In this document: positions 24,600 through 37,000 of the stretch, in pieces
Layout of the letters: the number at the start of each line of letters is the position of its first letter
How positions within the stretch are numbered: position 1 is the first letter of the stretch
Source of the DNA: Takakia lepidozioides
Lineage: Eukaryota > Plantae > Bryophyta
Direction of reading: 5' to 3'
Length of the DNA stretch: 64,000 nucleotides
Assembly (NCBI GenBank): GCA_030704615.1
Contig: CM060733.1
Coordinates: 52,948,001-53,012,000, forward strand
Made by a program: the position numbers and the translations under genes
The notes under the pieces: model-generated
Database searches by the model: none
Told to the model about the DNA's origin: nothing
What the model saw: only the letters and a program-made list of their open reading frames with translations

Positions 24600-24890
24600 T
24601 ATTTTAGTGCAAACTTCAACCGACCGCCCAGTATAGGCGGTCGCTTATTTTAAAATATAATATAATACAAACAACCGCCAACATGGACGGTCGCTTCATT
24701 GAAAAATTACTAAATTACCGGCGACCGCCAATATATGCGGTCGCTTAATTTAACAAATATTAAATCACAAGCAACCGCCAATATGGGCGGTCGCCTCATT
24801 TAAAAATTAAAAAATTATATGCGACCGCCAATATAGGCGGATGTATTTTTTTAAATGAATTAAAAAATACTAATAATTGACCACGTCTGA
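24600..24890. repeat. Palindrome array homologous to the right subterminal arm of the 30253-35874 element
   Basis: Units and spacers align with ~35420-35693, ending ..tttttaaatgaattaa..taataattg(a/t)ccacgtctg in both. Confidence 0.8.
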
Positions 24891-27800
24891 AAGTCCATAG
24901 CTCTTCACTACAAAAACTTTTTGGGAATCTAACAATTTATTTTACACCGTGGATGCCATTTCAACAGGAGTTGACTATATCATGTGCTCGGTGGCTTTGC
25001 ATTCCACTAAACGTGCGAGAGGGATGCAATGCAGGTTGGGAACAAACCCCTAGACTAGTCTACATAGTACATTTTTGTTGTTGTATTCTCAATTGCTTTT
25101 GCAATCATCTCCAGACTGAAGTAGACAAGTTTGCAAGTTAAGTGCTAGAATGAGAAGTATTATCTGTCTTCTATAGATGATACATATTCCAAATGCAATG
25201 TTTACCTTTTTGACAAATCACTTTAGGAGTTGCATGTCATCCATGCCGGAATGTATTTATTTGTTCAGATGACCATTCACCACTCATAGATCTAGAAATA
25301 GTCTAGAATTCAATTCGTCCAACAATCATTAGATCACAGTGCAATTGACTGATTTCATGTGAATATGTTCAATCGGAGACCCTTAGGTATACGATTGAAG
25401 GACTAGTTCTCATAGATGCCAATGCCCCATTCATGCCAACAATGCCTAAGGGTTCAGGAATAGTGGTGTCAACATTGCCAACCCCTACACCAAGGGGATC
25501 CATTGGGCAAGGCATCTCCTCTAGGTCGCGATTTGTGCGACTGCACAAGGGGTCAGGCAGCTTTGTCTAATTTAGTCCATACTGCATAAACACAGTGGGT
25601 GTGATGTTTGCTAGCCCATGTGCCACATATACAATATGCAAGCTGGACCACAGCTGGACTCTGCAGGTGAAGGGGAGTGTTTTTTTAATTTTTGCAACAG
25701 AAGTCTGAAGATTTAATTTCTTTATGAAATCAAGTATGTTTCCAGATTAAAGGCAAATTAAAGATTTGATGATTATTTTAATTTTAATTTTAACTATTTA
25801 TATCCGGTTTGATAACCGTCTGGCATTACGATGAAATACCCATCCTATTGATACCCATCCGCAACTAAAAAATTATACTACTATTGAGAACCAACGGATA
25901 TTAAAATTAAGTAAATATTCCAATACTATGAAGACAATAGGAATAATGTAAGAACTTAATGGACGCGTGCGATCTGACTGTACTTGCACCGCAGCCTGGG
26001 CTCCTCCGGCGGGGCCCCTGTCAAATCCTCCCACCCCTTTTTACCTCCATTTCACTATTAATGAATTATAGCGACGATCGAACGTCGGAAGCTAGTTTAG
26101 TGTAAAACAGATATAGGGTGTCATAGTGCCACGTCATCATCGCCACCGTTTCGTCGTCGCCATGTCATCATCGCCAGAGAGAGAGAGAGAAGACTCCGGC
26201 CCAAGCCGACATAACTAAGAGCCACTTCGCCTCACGGCTACTGCCCTTCTTGAGGGTGGGCCCTATTCATCGTAGCCACATCATCGTCGTCAATTTTTTT
26301 GGGACCTGCCCGGATTGCCCTCCAAAAAAAACTCAAAGCGCCAAGTTTTTCGGAGCTTGCCCAGACTGCCCGATTCTTGAAGTTCTTCAACTGACGTTCA
26401 GTTCCATAATGATGCATCTATTGAGGTCTTATTTGGAGACAATACCCGCCCGCGAATTTTCGGTAGCCACGTCTTATTTATGCTGGCTCCCTGGTCCCCC
26501 AGCAGCGCACCTCCCGAGAAACTTCACACGCCAGGCCACACTTGCCCGGACCTTGCACGCACTTCCCCATTATGCAATTTGGGGGAATGATACGAACAAC
26601 CTTCCAGAGGGTACTCTAATATTATTTGGATTAAGCAATTTTAAACTTGACATGAACAACCTTCCGAAAGGTATCCATCACGTAGGAACAACCATCCAAA
26701 AGGTATTAAACATATTTGTTTCGATTTTTATGGAAGTTAAAAAATGACACGGAACAATCTTCCGGAGGGTACACCAATATGTTTGGATAGAGCAATTTTA
26801 AAATTGAGATGAACAACCTTCCGGTCGGTTTCCATCGCGCATGACCTAATGGTAGAAACAACCTTCCGTAAGGTATTAAACAAATTTGATTGGATTTTAT
26901 GCAAGTTAAAAAATGAGTCACAACAACCTTACAGAAAACACTCTAACATTATTTGGATTAAGCAATTTTAAACTTGACATGAACAACCTTCTGAAAGGTA
27001 TCTGACCTAATGGCAGAAACAACCTTCCGTAAGGTATTAAACATATTTGTTTGGATTTTTTATTTATTTATTAAAAAGAAGGACAGAGGCCTCAGAAGCT
27101 TTATAAAAAAGGGGGATGTAAAATATCCCAAGAGCACAAAATTTGGAAGTTTTAGCAAGGAAAAAATAACCTTGCGAGGAAGCCATAAGACCAACAGATG
27201 AGACACTGCTCAACACCCAAAACCATGAGAGAATTCTACTACAGCAAAGGCCTGATGCTAGTCTAACTGCAGCTGAAGATGCACTTGAAGTTCTTCACTT
27301 CCCTTTGCAGGGCTCAAAGGAGAGATGAACCCGAGACTTGGTCTTTCTAAAACTGTGCTTATGGCGCCAATTGACTTCATTGTCATCACAATCCGCTGAG
27401 GAGCATCTAGCGCTAATGGAGCTCCCATCCTGCAGGGAGGGAGTTGTTCCACATAACCCAAAGCTCTGCAATTCTGGAGCAGAAGATGCCTCATTTTCCC
27501 CAAGTTGCATCAAAGCGAGCAAGTGACTGTTGCCTTCGTTCCTCCGACCACCTGTTGAAAGTTGCACATAGAACCTCCCATGCTTTCCGAGCTTCAGATT
27601 GTAAGTCTGAGTGAGCTCTAAACAAAATAACTCTAGCACAGGGCAACACATCATCATAAAGGGAAGAACAACGGGCTTTCCAGATCTGCCATAGGGTATG
27701 AGCACGCAAAGCAGACCAAATAGGGCAGTCAGACCAGAGTCTTCCATCATGGACATTCAGAAGAATGAGGGGTTGAGTCATAGGAAAATCATTCCCCCAG

Positions 27801-30800
27801 TTCCTATAGAACCGAGCAGCTTTCTGCCAAATGCTGGCTACAAAGGGCACGAGTAGAATATATGTTCCATGGTTTCCTGGACTGGGGCAGAACAAAACTG
27901 ACAAGTAGAAACAGAACCCGAGGAAAAATGAGTGACAGGCAGGATTCTGTTCACTATTTTCCATAAAAAACCGGAGATCTTGGCAGCCCGAGCCTTCTTC
28001 CACACATCCTTCCAGATTGGCTTCCAAGATGTGGGGCCTGTAGTAAGATGCCTCCACTTATGAGACAACTTGGTATCAAAGGAGGATTGTTGGATCAGAA
28101 GGGAATAGCCCATTTTAACGGTATAAGAAAAGAATGGATCATGTTTTTTGGACATCCATATCCACTCGTCGGGATCAAATTGCAGGGAGCTTAGAGCGGC
28201 AGTCAAGAACCAACGGAAGGATCCGGCGTAGTGCTCAATGATCACGGGTAGGTGTGGGTTAATCTGCCCTGAAGCCTGGCAGTAAACTCTGATGGGCACT
28301 AGCTCTGATTCCCCAACTTCATGTCTGCAAGGCGATAGCAGATAGCCAAGGGAATTAACTTTGAGCTTTAAACCCTGCAAGAATGACCCGCACCTATGTA
28401 AGCCTAGAAAAGCATAGGCAGGGTAAGAACGTAAGTATCCAAGCCAAATCGGTAAAGGGTGTTGATTGACAGGCAAGGAGGACCAAAGCACCCAGTCTTG
28501 GGGAATTTCCTACATGATCGAGCTCCAGGTAGCAGGTGCTGCTCGACCTACACTCTGAAAATTCTAGCTTCTAGTTCAATGGGTCTCCCGTTGTGGAGAA
28601 CATGCTGAAGATGCGAAAATCCAGCTTTCTCCCATAGGCTCCAATGCCTGGAACATTTCAGGAGCAGATCTGAGTCAGATCTGTAATTGGCGAACAAGGG
28701 TTGTCTTAACGCCTCGACAGCAGATGATGGAGTCTTTTGAGATAGATTGGGCCTCATTCTCAGCCAAGCATCCCAAATGGATTGCCACGCCTTAGATCCA
28801 AATTTGGCAGATTTAGAAGGAAGCCCTTGGACCACCCATTTGAGAGAAGAAGGCCAGGGATGAGCTGTTGATGGAATGGAATCCATCACATGGTTCCTAA
28901 CAATTAGGCTCCAAGGAGCAGAGAGGTCCAAAAAAATTCTAGGCACCCATTTTGCCAAGAGAGCTATCACCTGAGCCTGGGGGTCAATAATCCCCAGTCC
29001 ACCAAACTTCTTTTTTTGAATGATCTGTGATCAACTAACAAGCGCCCGACGATTGTTTGCAGGAGATGAAGCACCCCAAAAGAAGTTACGTACCAGAGCC
29101 TTCATTTGCTTGATCATGACAGAGCTAGGAGACCATGTCGAGGAACTGAACCAAGAAGACTGGAGAAGGACCTGATTAACCACCAATGCTCTCCCTGTAA
29201 TTGACAGGTGTGCGGAGCACCAAAAAGCCAGCTTTGTTTTGATCCTAGCCAGAACCGGGCCATATCGCTGCATGTCAGAAATATCGTGCCCTACTGGCTG
29301 ACCTAGCAGAATATGTGCTTGCCTGTTGTCGAGCCATACGAGGCCCAAGTCGCTACCCCAGGGGGCACAGTGCGTAGCAGCTCCAGGATTTTGGAGCCGG
29401 GATAGAATACCCACAGATTTGCCCCAGTTAATAGATAACCCCGAAGCCTCGCAGAAGGAATACATGACGTTCAACGCACTAGTGACGTTCATCAAGGAGG
29501 TGTTGTCAATCAAAAGAGTCGTATCATCAGCGTAAAGAGAGGCCTTGATCAAGTACAAAGAGGGCATGGACCTGGGGACTGCCAATCCCTTCACACCGTC
29601 TGCAGCTTCCAAAAGATATCCCAGTCCATCTGCAGCGATAATGAAAATAAAGGGGCTAGAGGGCATCCCTGCTTGACAGAACGGTAAAGGGGGAAGGAGG
29701 AAGACAATGCTCCATTCACCGCTACTCTACTAGAGACAGACTGCAGGAGAATTTTCACCCAAGCCAAGAAATAGCCATTAATGCCTACTTTTTCCAAAGC
29801 CCTGAAGAGAGAAGGCCAATCTACATTATCAAAGGTTTTTTCAAAGTCTAACACAAGCATAGCCAACGGCTGGTTATTGATGTGGGCTTGATGCAAAGCC
29901 TCGTTGGCTAGCAATATATTATCAAGGATCGGTTTTTAATGAAGCCAGACTGCTCTGGGCGAAGAATCTTCGGAAGCAAGGGCTGTAGCCTCATGGCTAA
30001 TGCCTTGGCAATTATTTTGTAAACAGAGGAGAGAAGGGTTATTGGTCTGTAATTAGAAATTAATCCCATATCCCCTTTATTATAGATAAGAGTTATCAAC
30101 CCTTGCAATATTTGAGAGGGAAGGATCCATTTGAGGATGACATCATTGGCCATGGCCAGGAAATCCCCACTTACTTCCTGCCAGAGGATTTTGAAGAACT
30201 CATTCGGAATTTCGTCCAGACCTAGGGCTTTAAGAGGACTCAAACTTTCAATCCCAGTTATCAACGTCATGTCCGTCAGTCAGCGTCAGATCACGTAAGA
30301 CTTGACGCTGACGGGACCTCCGTCACATCAGGTTCCAAGAATATTCTAGTAAAAAAAAGTACCAGGTAACATATTGCCACTTAAGCAGCCACGTCGCCGA
30401 CACGGTGGCGGTGGCAAATACATTTTGGAAAATAATAAATGGAAAGCGACCGCCAATTCTGGTAGTCGCTTTATATTTCGGAATTTTAGAAAAATAAGAG
30501 CGACCGCCAACATAGCGTTCACTTTAAAAAAAAATTATTAAAAAAACAAAATTGGTGGTCGCATAGGTGGTTGTCTAATTTTTTTATTAAAAATAACGAC
30601 CTCCGTATTGACGGTCGAATAATTTTGAAAATATATTAAAAAAACAAGCGACCACCAAAATTGGCGGTCGTTTAATTTCAATAATATATAAAAAGCAAGC
30701 GACCACCATAATATGGCAGTCGCTTTATTTTACAAATAAATAAAAAACCAGCGGTCGCTTTATTTAGGGGAAATATATTTTAAGAAAAACCTATATTTTA

Positions 30801-31315
30801 TGGTGGCTCATGGTGGCCATATGGCGGTCGCTTTATTTTAGAAATATGAAAAAAAAACCAGCGACCGCCATAATATGGCGGCCGCTTTCTTTTAAATATA
30901 TATATAACTTTTATTGCTTAATTCAATTTTATTTTTAAGAAAAAAACAGCAACTGCCATAATATGGCGGTCACATTATTTTAATAAATAAATAAAATACT
31001 AAAAATATTAAAAATATTTTTAATTTGAGAAAATGCAGTGACCGCTACTAATGGCGGTCGCATTTATTTTTTATTATTAAGAATAGAGCGACCGCCATTA
31101 CTGGCAGTCGCTTGTATATTTTTAATTTCTGAAAATGCAGTGACCGCCAGTAATGGCACTCGCTTTTATTTTTTATTTTTAAAAATAGAGCGACCGCCAT
31201 TATTGGCGGTCACCTCTCGTTTTTTTTAAATAGACCGACCGCCATTACCGGCGGTCGCTTGTATATTTTTAATTTCTGAAAATGCAACGACCGCTAGTAA
31301 TGGCAACACATGTGC

Positions 31316-32725
31316 GGAAGGGCGATGACGTGGTTAGGGAGACAAATGTTTGTTGCTTCTTTTGTTTCTCCGCACATGTGTTACACACATATTCAAAGAC
31401 ATGCAGGCAAAAGATGGGCCTCAACCTCATCCGTTCAATGGGTGTATTGGTCGTTCACCCATAACAGGATTTTTTTTTTCGCAATGAACGTAATTGGATG
31501 ACATGTGAACGCCTCATTGGCCTATTGAACGAATTTCGATTGATCTCATATTACTCTAAGACCTGTCAGATGGTACATTGGACATACTGGCCAAAGTCTC
31601 GAAGCAAACGAAAATCATTTGGATAGGCAACCATCCGTTGGCCCATTGGACGAATTTCGTTTCATCTTATATTGCTCTGGGACCTCTTACATGGTACATT
31701 GAGCACACTGGCAAAGTCTGAAAGCGAACCAAAATCGTTCGGATGGGCAACCATCCGTTCAGCCATCGAATGAATTTTGATTGATCTCACATTAGTCCGA
31801 GACCTGTGAGAGGGTGTACCGAACGTACTGACAAAGTTTGAAAGCAAACAAAAATGATTTGGATGGGCAACCATCCGTTCAACCGTTGGATGAATTCCGT
31901 TTTATGTGCTATTACTCTGGGATCTATTGGACGGCGTTTCGGGTGCACATGATTTTATTTTTTTTCATTCCGTTTTTCAGCCATATGTCTAATGACGGCA
32001 TATGCAACATGCGTGCCAAATTCCATAGCGAACAAACCCAAAACCACAGTTTCTTCCCTAATTTGCACTCCAAACTTGATTTGTCTTCTACTTCATGCAT
32101 TCTTCATAGAGAGTTCAGCAATAGTGATTGCTCATTGCGAAAAAGAATGGCGGTTGAATGGTTGACCATCCAAATGATTTTTGTTTGCTTTCAAACTTTG
32201 CCAGTACGTTCGGTACACCCTCTCACAGGTCTTGAACTAATATGAGATCAATCGAAATTCATTCAATGGTTGAACGGATGGTTACCCATCCAAACGATTT
32301 TGGTTCGCTTTCAGACTTTGCCAGTGTGCTCAATGTACTATGTAAGAGGTCCCAAAGTAATATGAGATAAAACGAAATTCGTCCAATGGGCCAACGGATG
32401 ATTGCATATCCTAATGATTTTCGTTCGCTTCGAGACTTGGCCAGTATGTCCAATGTACCATCTGACAGGTCCCAAAGTAATATGAAATCAATCAAAATTC
32501 ATTCAATAGGCCAATGAGGCGTTCATGTCATCCAATTTTGCTCATTGCGAAAAAAAAAATCATGTCATGGGTGAACGGCCAATGCACCCATTGAACGGAT
32601 GAGGTTGAGGCCCATTTTTTGCCCACATGTGCTTGAATATGTGTGCAACACATGTGCGGAGAACCAATAGAAGAAACAAACATTTGCCTCCCCAACCACG
32701 CCCTCGCCCTCGCCCTCGCCTTTCC
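31316..32725. mobile_element. Foldback-type element: ~570-bp inverted arms, each built from ~120-bp tandem repeats
   Basis: 31316-31890 is the reverse complement of ~32150-32725. Three ~120-bp units per arm (caaccatccgtt..gaatttcg..gacctgt..caaagt); ~250-bp central spacer. Confidence 0.85.
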
Positions 32726-32989
32726 ACCAATTTACAATTAAATTGAGTTTAAATGAATTTTAAGCAAAAAATATGTTTACATTGTCTTTGATTTGGGGTT
32801 TCTACTATGTAACGATTTTATTTTTGGCTCAATCTTGTTCTCTGGCTTCAACCTTCCGACCGCTACATCCCTACAAAAATTTGGATCAAACAAAAATGAT
32901 TTTTTTTTTAAGTCTTTTGAAAGCGAGGCCGTTCAAGAGCAAGAGCAAGAGACATTTGGGGAGTCGGAGCCTGAGGACTCTCCGAGAGA

Positions 32990-34018
32990 CCCGCTAGTCC
33001 AACAGATCCCGCTAAAGCCACCAACTTTCTAGAAAAGCCTTCTGGCGCAGTTTGGCGAGACGTTGAAAGACGTAATGAGGACGGCTAATGTCACTTCAAC
33101 CAAGGCAAAGTTTAAGGTGAAGCTTAAGGAACCCGATACCTTCGAGGGCATCCGAAATCGAAGGCACTCAACATCTGGCTCTTGGAGCTGAAGCAATACT
33201 TCCGGGCGGCCAAGCTGAGTGACGAGGATCGGGTGGAAGTGGCTCCCACCTATTTGAGGGGCTATACTCAACAATTGTGGCAGAAATATCTTAATAACCA
33301 AGGGCCAAACCCTGAGCCCTTGAGTTGGGGTGAGTTCAAGGAACTCATAAAAAAATAGTTTGTACCTCTCAACGCATCCTGGTTTGCCCGAGACAAAATG
33401 AGGAACTTGAAGCAAACAAATGATATTCGAGGATATGTTAAGGCTTTCAATGTATTGTTGCTTGAAGTCACGGACTTGGCGGTACTTGAAATGGTCTTCA
33501 ACTTTGTGGCAGGACTGGCCCTATGGGCTAGGCGAAAGTTGGAGGAGGGGCCACCAAAGACTTTGAACGAGGCCATTGAAAGGGCTGAATGCTTCTCGAA
33601 TGTCCTTATGGGCAAAAGACAGGGTTGTACGGAGCTGAACTATAAGAAGGTCCGACGGGAATGTGATTGATTCCGGTCGGAAAAGAGGAAGGATAAGCCA
33701 CACGACGGTAATGACAATTGGAGTTCGAAGGGAGGGCCTTTGCACGCCAGGGCAGCACCCGGTGCTCTGAAAGAAAAAATAGATGCGACGACACATGGCG
33801 GGCAGAAAACGACCTTTGATGGGGTGTGCTTTAATTGCGGGAAGACTAGGCACATGGCCAAAAAGTACTCGAAACCCCGACAGTTGAACATAACAACGGC
33901 GACCACGGAGCTTTCCGAAGACTCCATCAACCGCTTGGTGGAGGCAGTGGTCACCAAGACTTTGCAAGGTAAGCGACTACACGTGTGCGCTGTTCCAGGA
34001 GGCTGGAGCATCACGTAG
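32990..34018 (+). pseudogene. Ty3/gypsy gag fragment (retrotransposon gag domain + zinc knuckle) without LTRs
   Basis: KLKEPDTFEG, ELKQYFRAA, SWGEFKELIK, ARDKMRNLKQTNDIRGYVKAF..FVAGL..PKTLNEAIERAE, CFNCGKTRH; frameshifted. Confidence 0.85.
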
Positions 34019-37000
34019 CAGAAGCCGTTTCATATTCATAAGGAACAAAATTTACGGAACTAACATGTCGTTGTCGTACAAGCGGTCGCTTCATTTTTTT
34101 TAAAAACAAAAAAGAGCGATCGTCATTGGGCGATCGCATCATCTTTTATAAATACAAAAAAGAGCGACCACCATATGGTGGTCGTTTCATTTAAAACAAA
34201 TACCAGAAAAAACGACGTATTGGCGGTCCCTTCATTTTTAAAAAACAAAAAAGAACGACCGCCATAGGATGGTCGCTTCATTTTTTAGAAAAACTTAACA
34301 CAGCGATCTCTGTAGTGGCAGTCGTTTCATTTTCTTAAAAACAAAAAAAGAGAGAAAGCCATGGGGCAGTCGATTCATTTTAAAATTAATTAATTAATTA
34401 AAGAAATTGAAAAATAAAACGTAAACGAGTGACCGAATTGGCGAATTGGCAGTCACTTCAGTTTCTTAAAAAGCGAAGAAGAGCGACCGCTGTATGCCGG
34501 TCGCTTCATTTTTTTATTTTTTTCAATAATAATAATAATAATAATTATTATTATTATTATTTAAATAAATAAATTAAAAAATCAATTTATCTATTAAAAA
34601 AACATTTAAGGATCGACCGTCGTAATGGCGGTCGCTTCAGTTTTTTCAAAATAAAAAAAGAGCGACTGCCATAGGGCGGTCGATTCATTTTTTTCTTTAA
34701 GATGAACTTCATTTTTCAAAATATTAATTTTTTTTTAAAAGAAAAACTTATAGGAGTGACCGCCCTATTGGCGGTCGCTTCATTTTTTTTAAGAAATAAA
34801 AAACTTAATTTTCACTCAATGTTTTATTTTTTAATTTAAAAAAAGTTAGAGGAGCGATCGCTGTATTGGCGGTTGCTTCACTGTCTTTTAAAAAGCGAAG
34901 AAGAGCGACCGCCGTATTGGCGGTCGCTTCAGTTTTTTAAAAAGTGAAAAAGAGCGACCCCCATATGGCGGTCGCCTCATTTTTAAAATAAATAAACGAA
35001 AATGAGTGACCACCGTAGTGGCGGTCGATTCATTTTATAAAAAAAGAAAAAGAGCGACTGCCGTATTGGCGGTCACTTCATTATTTAAAATAACAAAAAA
35101 GAGCGACCGCCCTATTGGCGGTTGCTTCATACTTTTCAAAACAAAAAACGACTGTCGTAGTTGCTGTCGCTTCATTTAAATGTTTTTAAAACAAAAGTCA
35201 CTGCCGCTAAATGACGGCCGCTAAGTTTAAGAAAACAAAACGAAATTTTTAATTTAAAAAAAATTGAAGAAGCGACGGTTTGGCGGTAGCTTCATTTTAG
35301 AATAAAAATAAAAATATGCTACGGCCGGCGAATGGCGGTCACTGTATTTTCTTAAACATTTTTTAAACTGCGAGTGACTGCCAATCTGGGCGGTCGCTTA
35401 ATTTGTAAAACTGATAATTTTCAAGCAACCGCCAATATAGGCCGTCGCTTAATTTAAAATATAATAAATTACAAGCGACTGCCAATATGGGCGGTCGCTC
35501 CATTTAAAACTTCATAAATTGCCGGCAACCGCCAATATAGGCGGTCACTTAATTTAACAAAATATTAAATCTCAAGCGACCGCCAATATAGGTGGTCGCT
35601 TGATTCTAAAAATAATAACTTTTAAGCGTCCGTTAATATGGACGTACGTATTTTTTTAAATGAATTAATAAATTTTAATAATTGTCCACGTCTGTTTTAC
35701 ACTGTGGCTGCCATGTCATTACAAAGGGTAGAAGTAAATCGTAAAAGTCACCAAAAAAAAAAAAAAAAAAAAAAAAAAAACATGGATAAACGTCCGGATT
35801 CGATGTGACGTTACGCATGGCCGACGTGACGTCTGACGTGTCCGGGCCACGTCACGTCAGGAATGATAACTAGGCTTTCAATGGCCTGGAGGAACTCTAT
35901 GGCTGAGAAGGGCTCAGAAAGCTTTGTCTGCTCTGCAGATGAAACGATAGAATGGATAGCAGCCAGTACTTTAGCACGACTGGCCAAAAGAGACTGATAG
36001 ACCCTTTCCTTGAATAGGTTAGAGAAATAAACAGAGGCCACCTCAACCATTTCTTTTGGAGTGGAAACCATTGAGCCTGAAGAGCCCCTTAAGGAGACAA
36101 TTGAAGTTGAAGCCTGCCTTTGCTTGGCTTTTTGGAAAAAGTATGCAGTCATTTTTTGCCCTTTAAGGGACCAATTGATACATGTTTTCCGTCTGAGGAA
36201 CTCCTCTCTACCATGCAGAAGCTCTGCGAGATTTTTTTTTGCTGTGTTGTAAGAGGAGAAGGTTTGGGGCCCAGCTGCCCCACATTCAATCCTACTCTAA
36301 CATTGCGCCAGACACTTAAGAAGAGTTTTTTCCTTATGAGCTCTTTCAATGACAACAACTCTAGATAATTTCTAAGCCATCATCCTGGTTTTGTGGAGCT
36401 TAGCTAAGAACCTTAAGGTAGGCGAGGAATACCCATTTCCTGCCTCCTTCCAAGAGCTAGCAAGCTACCTTACAACCTCTTTAGACTTAAGCAACATGGG
36501 GTTGAGCTTAAAAAAGCTACGACCCTTGACGTGGGTGCCTGGAGCACTGAAAGTTACCTCAACTTGGGCATGATCGAAGTCTGGTGAAATTGGTCTCAGC
36601 GGATGGGGAGATGACCAGGTAATAGCAATTGGCGTGCAATAAACTCTATCTGACCTGGCCATACAGAGGTTTGGAGGCTGCCTGTTATTAGACCAAGAGA
36701 ATCTCAGGCTATTATGTTCAGGCAAGGAGGCATCTATGAAGCCGACAGTGAAACACAAGCTATCCCAAGCATTTTGCTCATCCATAGACAAGCTGGCTGC
36801 CGCATCCCCAAAGCGGTTAGCAGCTAATTCAACCACATTAAAACCCCCCGCCATGACCCAATGAGCAATCAGCGGATGATCCAAGATCTTGATCCTAATG
36901 TCGTTCCAAAACACCGCTCTCTCAGAGGCCTGGTTCGGAGCGTAGATGTTAATAGATCCACATATACCAAAAATAGAAGAGGCCTTGGCGAATGCACATT

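Larger units (their letters stand above)
30253..35874. mobile_element. Palindrome-array TIR element (non-autonomous, cargo carrying)
   Basis: Termini CCCAGTTATCA / TGATAACTAGG; perfect 8-bp TSD CTTTCAAT (30245-30252, 35875-35882). Excision rejoins LINE ORF2 as FLQAIESLSPLKALGLDEIP. Hairpin arrays at ~30440-31305 and ~34080-35650. Confidence 0.92.

Noticed and set aside
34080-35650. CRISPR array (palindromic repeats with spacers)
   Set aside because: Repeats are degenerate, spacers are low-complexity A/T tracts related to each other, no cas genes are present, the context is eukaryotic, and the array lies within a TSD-bounded TIR element.
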